Assembly: GCA_040004225.1 (NCBI GenBank)
Contig: JBDUBI010000184.1
Coordinates: 1-43,803 of the forward strand
Length of the DNA stretch: 43,803 bases
Direction: 5' to 3'
DNA from: Acidobacteriota bacterium
GTDB lineage: Bacteria > Acidobacteriota > Thermoanaerobaculia > UBA5066 > Gp7-AA6
The position numbers and the translations under genes were made by a program. Numbering within the stretch: the first letter of the stretch is position 1; every line of letters starts with the position of its first letter. A model generated the notes under the pieces. It was not told the origin of the DNA. It was given only the letters and a program-made list of their open reading frames with translations, and made no database searches. Shown in pieces: positions 1-7,858 of the stretch.

Positions 1-1
1 G

Positions 2-324
2 CGAGCTCTATGGAGCTTCCGGCAGGGCGGCGACCTTCCCGTACCGGCCGCGATATGCGGATATCGTGCAGTGGCCAAACGTCCTGCTCGAAAGCGGAGC
101 GTTCCTCTCGGCGGTGGAGCGCCTCCTTCGGCGGCAGCGTCGCCTTCGAAATGGAGATGGCCCGCCAGCTCGAGGCGTCCGGGCCTCGCTTGGCTACCCC
201 CGCCACCTCCGGGTCCGGAGTCCCGAAAGCCTCGCGTCCCGAGGAGCCGCTCCGTCGCTACGCTCGCTGCGCGGCCCGTCGGCCACTGCCGTGGCAGACC
301 CGAAAACCCCTACTTCTTCCATGA
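2..324 (+). pseudogene. Frameshifted, truncated thioesterase-like (alpha/beta-hydrolase GxSxG) remnant
   Basis: One frame reads '...SVPLGGGA' up to about 121. After a 2-nt slip another frame reads 'SFGGSVAFEMEMARQLEASG'. Joined, this gives 'PLGGGASFGGSVAFEM(EM)ARQLEASG', which closely matches the intact TE core 'FLLAGASFGGRVAFEMARQLDQSG' at 36878-36950; the similarity is also visible at nucleotide level. No single open frame spans it and the downstream TE motifs are missing. Confidence 0.3.
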
Positions 325-820
325 TCGCCCCAAAGTCCTTCCTCTCACTCATATTGGTACAGAGGACGCCGAGCGGCACGAGAGCGAGGCTCCCGGCGGG
401 TGGGGAGAGGCATCCGGAAAGTCGCAGAATCGCCGGGCTTAGGAGATTCCGTGGAAAATCGGGGACCAAGCATCGCAATCGCCGCGAGGCCGATCGAAGC
501 GCCCGAACATTCCCCCGGCGTAGCGCATCGGCGCGAGCGGCTCGCGCAACTTGGCGCCGGCCGCCGCACCCTCATGGCGGCCGCTCCGCAAAACTTCCAC
601 TTCGCCTGTACGCTGGGGTACATTCCGAGCGACGGTGGCGTCCGACCTGTTTCCGTTTCCAGCCGAGCGTCTAGGCGCTCGACCCCTGCGAAACCCTCTG
701 TAGAATAAGGCTATCCGGGGCGCGCGTCCGCGGCCGCAGCGCCCTTCTCCCTCCCTTTTTCTCCCTAGTCCCGCCTCTATCGCGGCGACAGCTGTTCTGC
801 TATTCTTCGCCGCCACAGCG

Positions 821-1070
821 ATGAAAAACCAAAGCTAAATGCCGGTACCTCCCGCGCAAAAATTGTTCGTTTACGGCGCGCTTTGTTCCTGTGCTGACCA
901 CTTAGACGCCGGCTCTCTAAGCTAACCGATGAAAGCGAAATGCAACGGCGGATACCTCCCCGGGCCAAACTCCACCTGCTTTCGCTGCGTCTCCTCTTCT
1001 TCGGATACGGGCCGCTGAAGCTGCGACGGATCCATGAAAACCCAAAACGCAACGGCGGGTACCTCCCGGG
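821..1070 (+). repeat. Array 1: three spaced copies of a 36-37 nt conserved motif (ATGAAAAACC..N..GGTACCTCCCGGG)
   Basis: Copies at 821-856 'atgaaaaaccaaagctaaatgccggtacctcccgcg', 929-964 'atgaaagcgaaatgcaacggcggatacctccccggg' and 1034-1070 'atgaaaacccaaaacgcaacggcgggtacctcccggg'. Core-to-core spacing is 107 and 107 nt. The array lies in the lower-GC intergenic region upstream of the first NRPS gene. A possible degenerate fourth copy starts at 1241. Confidence 0.8.
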
Positions 1071-1411
1071 TTAAAATCTGTGCGGGACGGCGGTCGCGCC
1101 CTTCGTCTTTAGGCGCACTGACCGGCGCGGGGTGCCGTCTGGCTCGACGGCCCGACTCTTCGGATCCCACTGCCGTGACCGCCGAAGTCTTCCTGCGCCA
1201 GAACGCACCCGAGATGGCGGAACGCCCCTTCTTGTATTTAATGAAACAAGGTCCCCGCCGTTACGCGGCTGATGGCTGCGTCGGACGTTTTCGCGCTGAG
1301 GGCGCCCCTCGCGGATTCCGATGACGCGCGAAGCGCGCAAAGCGTCTTCAGCAAGCCCAACCGTTCGAGTGGCAGGGCGCCCCGGCGGAGGGCGGCGATG
1401 ACGGCAGGCGG

Positions 1412-4400
1412 ATGAGCTCCGAGACGATCGAAGGTTATCGGCTCGCGCCTCAGCAGAGCCGCCTCTGGTCTTTTCAAGAAGAGGACGGCGCGGCGGCCTA
1501 TCGAGCCCGCGCTCGAGTCGCGATAGATGGGCCCGTGGATGCGGGACGCCTGCGCCGGGCGCTCGACTCGGTCGTGCGGCGGCACGAGATCCTCCGCACG
1601 ACCTTCCGCCGTCTCGCCGGGATGCACGCGCCGCTGCAGGTGGTCAACGAGCTCCTTCCGATCGCGTTTGCAGCCGGCTCGGAAGCTCCGACGCCGATCG
1701 ATCCCGAAGCCGGTCCCGTTCTCGTTGCCTCGCTCGAGAGACGTTCCGCGGAGGCGAGCGAGTTGTTCCTGGAGCTTCCGTCGCTCTGTGCCGACCGCTC
1801 GACTCTCGAACGACTCGTTTTCGAGCTCGGCGTCCTCTACGAAGACCCGGGCGCCGAAGGGAGCCTCGGCGACATCCTCCAATACGCGGATGTAACCGAG
1901 TGGCTCCTCGAGCTCGGGCAGAAAACCGAGTCGGCGCCCGGGATCGAATACTGGCGCGGCCTGGACTTGTCTGCCGTCGGAGCGCTCGCCCTGCCCTTCG
2001 AGGAGGTTCCGGGGCACGCGGCGCGCTTCGACCCCCGGACTTTCGACGTCCTGGACTCCGCCGCGACGGCAAATCTCGTGGACGGGCTCTGCAGGCATCT
2101 CGACTCCACGCCTCGCACGCTGCTCTTGACCTGCTGGCAGATCTTGCTCGGGCGTCTGGTCGACGATGAGCGGCTCGTCGTCGGATACGAGACGGATGGG
2201 CGGGGGCTGCCGGAGCTCGCGGCGGCGCTCGGTCCCTGCGGGCGCTATCTGCCTCTTGCCGGGAGGGCGGCGGAGGATTCTTCGCTTCGGGTCGCGGTCT
2301 CGCGCGTCGAGGAATCGATCGAGGAGCAGAAGGTCTGGGAAAACGTCTTCGCCTGGAACGCGCAGCTCCCTCCCGGCTCTCCGGAGACCCCCTTCTTCCC
2401 TTTTTCCTTCGACTACGCCGACCGCGTGTCTTTTCCCGGCGGAGACGCGATGTTCCACGTCGGAGACCGGCGCGTGGTCCTGGACCGGTTCAAGGTCCGG
2501 CTCCGGTGCACGCGGAGCGGCGGCGCGCTCGCGGTGGCGCTCGACTACGACGCGAACCGGATCTCCGCCGGCGAGGTGGAGCGGCTCGGCGCGCGGTTCG
2601 AACGGCTGCTCGAGAGCGCGGCGGCCGAACCGGAGAGCGCGGTGCGCGCTTTGGACATCCTGCCGGAGGCGGAAAAGCGGCGCCTCTGGTTCGAGTGGAA
2701 CGACACGCGCCGGAATCTCGATCCGGCGCCGATTCTCGAGCGCTTCGAAGACCTGGCCGCGCGCTTTCCAGAAAGGATCGCCGTCGTGGGAGAGCGCGGG
2801 CGGCTCACCTATTCGGAGTTGAACGCGCAGGCGAATGGGGCCGCCCACGGCCTGCGAGAGGCGGGCGTCGCACCCGACACCATCGTCGGTCTCTGCGTCG
2901 AGCGATCCGTCGAGATGATCGTCGGCGTTCTCGCGATCTGGAAAGCGGGCGGGGCGTATCTCCCCCTGGATCCCTCGCTGCCCGACGGGCGCCTGGCGTT
3001 CCTTCTCGACGATACGAAGACTTCTCTCGTTCTGACGCAGGCGCCGCTCGAAGAACGGTTTTCGGGAACGCGGGCGAAGACGTTGCTTCTCGAGGGGAAA
3101 ACCGGGGGCGCCGCGGCGAACCCGGTGCGCGTCGCGCGGGCAGACCACCTCGCCTACGTGATCTTCACTTCGGGATCGACGGGCCTGCCCAAGGGCGTCG
3201 CGGTCGAGCACCGGCAGGTCGCGAATTACGTCGGCGCCATCCTGGAAGTCCTCTCGCCGGAGCCCGGAGAGGTCTTCGCGACGGTGACGACTCTCGCGGC
3301 CGATCTCGGCAACACCTCCATCTTCGCCTCGCTCGCCTCCGGCGGGACTCTTCGGGTCTTGCCGGAATCCCTCGCAAAGGACGCCGCGGCGCTCGCCGAG
3401 GATTTCGAGGCCGAGCCCGTGGACTATTTGAAGATCGTGCCGTCGCACCTCGGCGCTCTTCTTTCCGTCGCTCGCCCCGAGCGGTTGCTGCCCCGGCGCT
3501 GCCTCGTCCTCGGCGGGGAGGCCGCGAGCTGGGATCTCATCGAACGGGTGAGGGGGCTCGCGCCCGGGTGCACGATCGTGAACCATTACGGGCCGACGGA
3601 GGCGACGGTGGGGGCGGCGGCATTCCGGATCCCATCGGATCTGGCCGGCCCGCGGCCACGGACGGTGCCGATCGGCCGGCCGCTCGCCAACTATCGGGTG
3701 TTCCTTCTCGACACAGCCGGCCGGACGGCTCCGCTCGGCACCTCCGGGGAGCTGCACATCGGGGGCGCCGGGCTCGCGCGCGGGTATCTGAACCGGCCCG
3801 AGCTGACGGAGGCCAGATTTCCGACCGTCGAGATCGCGGGCGAAATGCAGCGGCTCTACAAGACAGGCGACGTGGCGCGGTATCTGCCGAACGGTGACAT
3901 CGAGCTCCTCGGGCGCAACGACGACCAGGTCAAGCTGCACGGCTTCCGAATCGAGCCCGGAGAGATCGAGGCGGCGCTCCGACGCCACCCCGGGGTCCGC
4001 GAAGCCGTCGTCCTGGCGCGCGAGGTCGACGCATCGGCAAGACGTCTCGTCGCCTACGTCGTCCCCGAAGCCGCGGCCGAGGCGCCCGCATCCGCCGAGC
4101 TCCGGCAATTCCTCCGGACGGCATTACCGGAGTTCATGCTGCCGTCTGCGTTCGTCCGGGTGCCCCGAATCCCGTTGACCGCGAATGGGAAGGTTGACCG
4201 TGCGGCGCTTCCGCTTCCCGATCCCGCCCGGCCGGATCACGGTGAGCCTCTCGTTGCTCCGCGAACGTCGAACGAGCGCATTCTCTTCAAGGTCTGGGCG
4301 GACGTCCTGCGTCACGACCGGTTCGGAATCCACGAGAACTTCTTCGACCTCGGCGGAGACTCGATTCTCGGCATTCAGATCGTCGTCGGCGCCGCCCGGG

Positions 4401-5923
4401 AGGGTTTGCGAGTCACGCCGAGGCAGCTCTTCGACAGCCAGACGATCGCCGAGCTCGCCGAGGTGGCGGAGAAGCCGATCGTCCACGAGGGGCGCGGGGA
4501 AAGCGCCGCGACGGGGCCCTTCCCGCTCACCCCGATCCAGCACTGGTTTTTCGAGCAGCACCTTCGCGATCCGCACCATTTCAACCAGGCGATGTTTCTC
4601 GAAGGGCGGGAGCTCCTCGACGCATCCGCCCTGGAGGCGGCGGTCGACCTGCTCGTTGCGCGCCACGACGCGCTCCGCCTGAGGTTCTTCCTGGAGGCCG
4701 ACCGCTGGCGTCAGACTGAGGTGGAGAGCCATGCCCGGGGCGTCTTCTCGGCGGTCCGGCTCGAGGGCCGTTCCGACGCGGAGCAGGCGAAAATGATCGA
4801 GGAGGCGGCCGACACGGCGCAGGCATCGCTCGACCCGTTTCGCGGTCCGCTCGCCCGCGCGCTGTTCTTCGATCTGGGTCCGGCGAGGCCGCCCCGTCTC
4901 CTTCTCGTCGTCCATCACCTCGCAGTGGACGCCGTGTCGTGGCGCGTTTTGCTCGAGGATCTCCAGGTGTCGTATCGACAGCTCCTCGCTGGCGAGCCGC
5001 CCCACCTGGGCCCGAAAACGGCTTCGTTCCGCGCCTGGGCAGAGATACTGAACGAGGCGGCGGCGTCCGGCGTCTTCGATGAGGAATCCGGCTACTGGCA
5101 GTCTCGGCGCGACCCGGCGGGTTTTGACGTGCCGTTCGATTTCGAAGGCGAGAACACGGTTGCGTCCGAGCGGAGCGTCGAATCCCTCTTTTCACGGGAA
5201 GAAACGTCGGCGCTCCTCACGGAGGTTCCGGGGATCTACCGCACCCGCATCAACGACGTGCTGCTCGCCGCGCTCGCCGACGCGCTCACGCCGTGGACGG
5301 GGTCTCGCGTCGTTTCGATCGTTCTCGAAGGCCACGGACGCGAGGAGATCGCGCCCGGAATCGACGTGTCGCGAACAGTTGGATGGTTCACGTCCCGTTT
5401 CCCCGTGCTGCTGGAGGTTCCGGAGGCCGCGGACCCCGGCGAGAAGCTCGTCGCGGTCAAGGAGCAGCTGAGGGCGGTTCCGCGGAACGGCATCGGGTAC
5501 GGAGTCTTTCGTTATCTCGGCCCAACGGACCGGCTCGGCGCCTCGCCCGACCCCTCGGTCAGCTTCAACTACCTGGGTCAGCTCGACCGGCTTCTTCCCG
5601 AAGACTCTTTGTGGAAGCCGCTGGCCTCCGTTCCGGGCGCCCCGCGCAGCGCGCGAAACCGCCGGCGGTATCCGCTTTCGATCGAGGGGATGGTTCGGGA
5701 CGGGCGCCTGCGCTTCTCTTGGCTGTACAGCGAGAACCTTCACCGCCGCGAGACGGTTGCCGCACTGGCGGAGCGCTTCGAAGTGTCCTTGAGGGCAATC
5801 CTTCTACACTGCCGTACGGCGGAGCCTCGCTACACGCCCTCCGACTTTCCCGGCGCGAGGATGAGCTCGAAAGACCTCGAAACGCTCGTCGCCAGGATGA
5901 AGCCACCGACGGCCGGACGGTAG
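1412..5923 (+). CDS. NRPS, C(non-canonical)-A-T-E; predicted D-Asp module
   Basis: 1503-aa ORF. C-like domain: 'LAPQQSRLWSF' and 'RRHEILRTTF' are present, but the HHxxxDG position reads 'LPSLCADRS' (nt 1775-1801). A domain: 'LAYVIFTSGSTGLPKGV', 'NHYGPTEATVG', 'YKTGDVARYLPNGDIELLGRNDDQVKLHGFRIEPGEIE', 'NGKVDR'; code read by eye is DLTKVGHVGK, close to the Asp code. T domain: 'FFDLGGDSILGIQ'. E domain: 'PIQHWFF', 'HHLAVDAVSW' (nt 4913), 'LEGHGREE', 'RTVGWFTSRFP', 'FNYLGQ'. C-terminal tail: 'TPSDFPGARMSSKDLETLV'. Confidence 0.93.
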   Translation: MSSETIEGYRLAPQQSRLWSFQEEDGAAAYRARARVAIDGPVDAGRLRRALDSVVRRHEILRTTFRRLAGMHAPLQVVNELLPIAFAAGSEAPTPIDPEAGPVLVASLERRSAEASELFLELPSLCADRSTLERLVFELGVLYEDPGAEGSLGDILQYADVTEWLLELGQKTESAPGIEYWRGLDLSAVGALALPFEEVPGHAARFDPRTFDVLDSAATANLVDGLCRHLDSTPRTLLLTCWQILLGRLVDDERLVVGYETDGRGLPELAAALGPCGRYLPLAGRAAEDSSLRVAVSRVEESIEEQKVWENVFAWNAQLPPGSPETPFFPFSFDYADRVSFPGGDAMFHVGDRRVVLDRFKVRLRCTRSGGALAVALDYDANRISAGEVERLGARFERLLESAAAEPESAVRALDILPEAEKRRLWFEWNDTRRNLDPAPILERFEDLAARFPERIAVVGERGRLTYSELNAQANGAAHGLREAGVAPDTIVGLCVERSVEMIVGVLAIWKAGGAYLPLDPSLPDGRLAFLLDDTKTSLVLTQAPLEERFSGTRAKTLLLEGKTGGAAANPVRVARADHLAYVIFTSGSTGLPKGVAVEHRQVANYVGAILEVLSPEPGEVFATVTTLAADLGNTSIFASLASGGTLRVLPESLAKDAAALAEDFEAEPVDYLKIVPSHLGALLSVARPERLLPRRCLVLGGEAASWDLIERVRGLAPGCTIVNHYGPTEATVGAAAFRIPSDLAGPRPRTVPIGRPLANYRVFLLDTAGRTAPLGTSGELHIGGAGLARGYLNRPELTEARFPTVEIAGEMQRLYKTGDVARYLPNGDIELLGRNDDQVKLHGFRIEPGEIEAALRRHPGVREAVVLAREVDASARRLVAYVVPEAAAEAPASAELRQFLRTALPEFMLPSAFVRVPRIPLTANGKVDRAALPLPDPARPDHGEPLVAPRTSNERILFKVWADVLRHDRFGIHENFFDLGGDSILGIQIVVGAAREGLRVTPRQLFDSQTIAELAEVAEKPIVHEGRGESAATGPFPLTPIQHWFFEQHLRDPHHFNQAMFLEGRELLDASALEAAVDLLVARHDALRLRFFLEADRWRQTEVESHARGVFSAVRLEGRSDAEQAKMIEEAADTAQASLDPFRGPLARALFFDLGPARPPRLLLVVHHLAVDAVSWRVLLEDLQVSYRQLLAGEPPHLGPKTASFRAWAEILNEAAASGVFDEESGYWQSRRDPAGFDVPFDFEGENTVASERSVESLFSREETSALLTEVPGIYRTRINDVLLAALADALTPWTGSRVVSIVLEGHGREEIAPGIDVSRTVGWFTSRFPVLLEVPEAADPGEKLVAVKEQLRAVPRNGIGYGVFRYLGPTDRLGASPDPSVSFNYLGQLDRLLPEDSLWKPLASVPGAPRSARNRRRYPLSIEGMVRDGRLRFSWLYSENLHRRETVAALAERFEVSLRAILLHCRTAEPRYTPSDFPGARMSSKDLETLVARMKPPTAGR

Positions 5924-5925
5924 AC

Positions 5926-7782
5926 ATGTGCGGAATCTGTGGTGTCGTGAACATCCGGGAGCGCCGTCCGATCGACGAGAGGCAGCTCCAGGCCATGACC
6001 CGGACGCTGACGCATCGCGGACCCGACAACGACGGATACTTCGCGGGCGAGCGCGCCGCGTTCGGCGTCCGGCGGTTGAGCATCATCGACCTTCCTACCG
6101 GCAACCAGCCCATGTCGAGCGAGGATGGATCGATCCACCTGGTCTGCAACGGGGAGATCTTCAACTACCTGGACCTCCGGCACGAGCTCATCGCGCTGGG
6201 TCACCGGTTCCATTCGAACTCCGACGTGGAGGTGATTGTTCATCTGTACGAAGAGGAAGGCGAGGGATTGCTCCGGCGGCTGAACGGCCAGTTCGCCTTC
6301 GCGATCCTCGACGAGCGCGCCGATCGCGTGCTGCTCGCCCGGGACCATTTCGGCGTTCTGCCGCTGTTCTACACACGAGTCGGCGATACGCTGATCTTCG
6401 GCTCGGAAATCAAGGCGATTCTCGTCGATCCTCGCGTCGAGCGGAGGGTCGACCTGACGGGATTGGATCAGGTCTTCTCACTTCCAGGCCTGGTCAGCCC
6501 CCGAACCATGTTCTCGGGAATCGAGAGTCTTCGCCCGGGTCACCTCCTCGAGATCCGGAACGGTACCGTGCGCGAGGCCGAGTACTGGGACGTCTCCTAT
6601 CCGCGCGAGTCGGACGCGGTTTACGATCGGTCGGAGAGTGAGGATCTCGCGGACCTCGAGCAAAGACTCCTTTCTTCGGTCCGAAGCCGGCTGCAGGCCG
6701 ACGTTCCCGCGGGCGCGTACTTGAGCGGCGGGCTCGACTCGTCGCTCGTGACGAGCATGATGCGGTCCGTCTCGTCCGGTGACAGGAAGACGTTCTCAGT
6801 CGCCTTCGACGACCCTTTCTTCGCCGAGCGCGAGTACCAGGCGCTCATGGTCAACCATCTCGATGTCCCGCACCGGCAAATCGAGTTTGGCGTCGGAGAC
6901 GTCGCGACGCACATGCCTCAGGTCATATGGCACTGCGAGTGCCCGCTGAAAGAAACCTATAACGCGGCGACGTTCGCCCTTTCGGCCGCGGCGCAATTGG
7001 ACGGCGTGCGTGTCGTGCTGACGGGAGAGGGAGCGGACGAGCTTTTCGCGGGCTACGCGAGCTACCGCTTCGACGCCTTTGCCCGGGAACAGACCAGTCG
7101 ACCGGCATCTTGCGAGGAGTCCGCGATTCGGGAGCGACTCTGGGGAGACCCCCTGTTTCATTACGAAACCACCCAGTCGGCGTTCCAGGCCGTCAAGCAG
7201 GGACTTTTTTCCGACGCCGTGAATGCCCTGTACGCCGGATTCGACTTCACGCGTTTCGGCGTGATCGACCGGACCAAACTCGAGGGCCTCCATCCCCTCC
7301 ACAAGCGCTCGTACGTGGACATGAAGGTCCGACTGGCCGATCACCTTCTCGCGGATGCCGGGGACCGGATGCTGCTCGCCCATTCCGTCGAGGGGCGCTT
7401 TCCATTCCTGGATCTCGGCGTGTTTGATTCCGTGGCCCGCATGCCGCCTGATTTGAAGCTCCATGGATTCCGGGAGAAGTACGTGTTGCGAAAGATCGCG
7501 GCTCGGTACGTTCCGAAGGCGATCGCGGAGCGTGAAAAGTTTCCTTTCGCTGCCCCGGGCAGCCCCCAGCTGCTCGCCCGGAAGGCCGACTGGGTCGAGG
7601 ATCTGCTGTCGGAAGAGACGCTCGCGCGGCAGGGCTACTTCAACCCCGCCGAAGTCCGAAAACTGAGAGATCGATACGCCGCTCCCGACTTCATGTTGAA
7701 CATTCCATACGAGACCGATCTCCTGCTCATCGTCCTGACGTTCGGACTCTTTCTCCGCCTCTTCCAGATGCCGGACCTGTGA
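5926..7782 (+). CDS. Asparagine synthetase (glutamine-hydrolysing) family amidotransferase, AsnB-like
   Basis: The ATG lies 2 nt after the NRPS stop. N-terminal 'MCGICG' (Ntn nucleophile Cys), 'HRGPD', 'LVCNGEIFNY', 'SDVEVI', PP-loop 'YLSGGLDSS', 'LTGEGADELFAGY'. The ORF-track entry 5293..7782 is a 5' extension overlapping the NRPS. Confidence 0.88.
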   Translation: MCGICGVVNIRERRPIDERQLQAMTRTLTHRGPDNDGYFAGERAAFGVRRLSIIDLPTGNQPMSSEDGSIHLVCNGEIFNYLDLRHELIALGHRFHSNSDVEVIVHLYEEEGEGLLRRLNGQFAFAILDERADRVLLARDHFGVLPLFYTRVGDTLIFGSEIKAILVDPRVERRVDLTGLDQVFSLPGLVSPRTMFSGIESLRPGHLLEIRNGTVREAEYWDVSYPRESDAVYDRSESEDLADLEQRLLSSVRSRLQADVPAGAYLSGGLDSSLVTSMMRSVSSGDRKTFSVAFDDPFFAEREYQALMVNHLDVPHRQIEFGVGDVATHMPQVIWHCECPLKETYNAATFALSAAAQLDGVRVVLTGEGADELFAGYASYRFDAFAREQTSRPASCEESAIRERLWGDPLFHYETTQSAFQAVKQGLFSDAVNALYAGFDFTRFGVIDRTKLEGLHPLHKRSYVDMKVRLADHLLADAGDRMLLAHSVEGRFPFLDLGVFDSVARMPPDLKLHGFREKYVLRKIAARYVPKAIAEREKFPFAAPGSPQLLARKADWVEDLLSEETLARQGYFNPAEVRKLRDRYAAPDFMLNIPYETDLLLIVLTFGLFLRLFQMPDL

Positions 7783-7858
7783 AGGAAGCCATCGTATTGC
7801 GCCCGCAACGCCGCCGGCACGCGGCCGACCCGCCGACCGGGCGGTCCGGGGGGCTCTC

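Noticed and set aside
777-1170. Minus-strand reading of the repeats: each copy's complement contains GGGAGGT, a strong SD-like sequence. ORFs 777-1052 and 922-1170 run through the copies.
   Set aside because: No consistent start codon or frame follows the SD-like sequence across copies. The resulting peptides are heterogeneous (6-7 aa up to 91 aa) and low-complexity. The observation is kept only as a property of the motif.
1238-4108. 956-aa minus-strand ORF antisense to the first NRPS. Similar long antisense or alternate-frame ORFs occur at 14222-16444, 16769-19003, 22497-24077, 24002-26107, 26300-30589 and 28465-31626.
   Set aside because: The translations are Arg/Pro/Gly-rich low-complexity strings with no recognisable motifs. 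They fully overlap frames that carry dense, ordered NRPS/PKS motifs. These are typical shadow ORFs of high-GC DNA.
5293-5925. ORF-track 5' extensions of real genes (5293 for AsnB, 11898 for the C protein, 12797 for the bimodular NRPS, 21966 for A-T, 23645 for the hybrid, 39334..40848 and 40401..42722 on the minus strand).
   Set aside because: The extensions overlap the preceding gene in another frame and are Arg-rich. Internal starts give canonical N-termini (MCGICG, C1 motifs, the KS N-terminus, signal peptides), several with ATGA/GTGA coupling.
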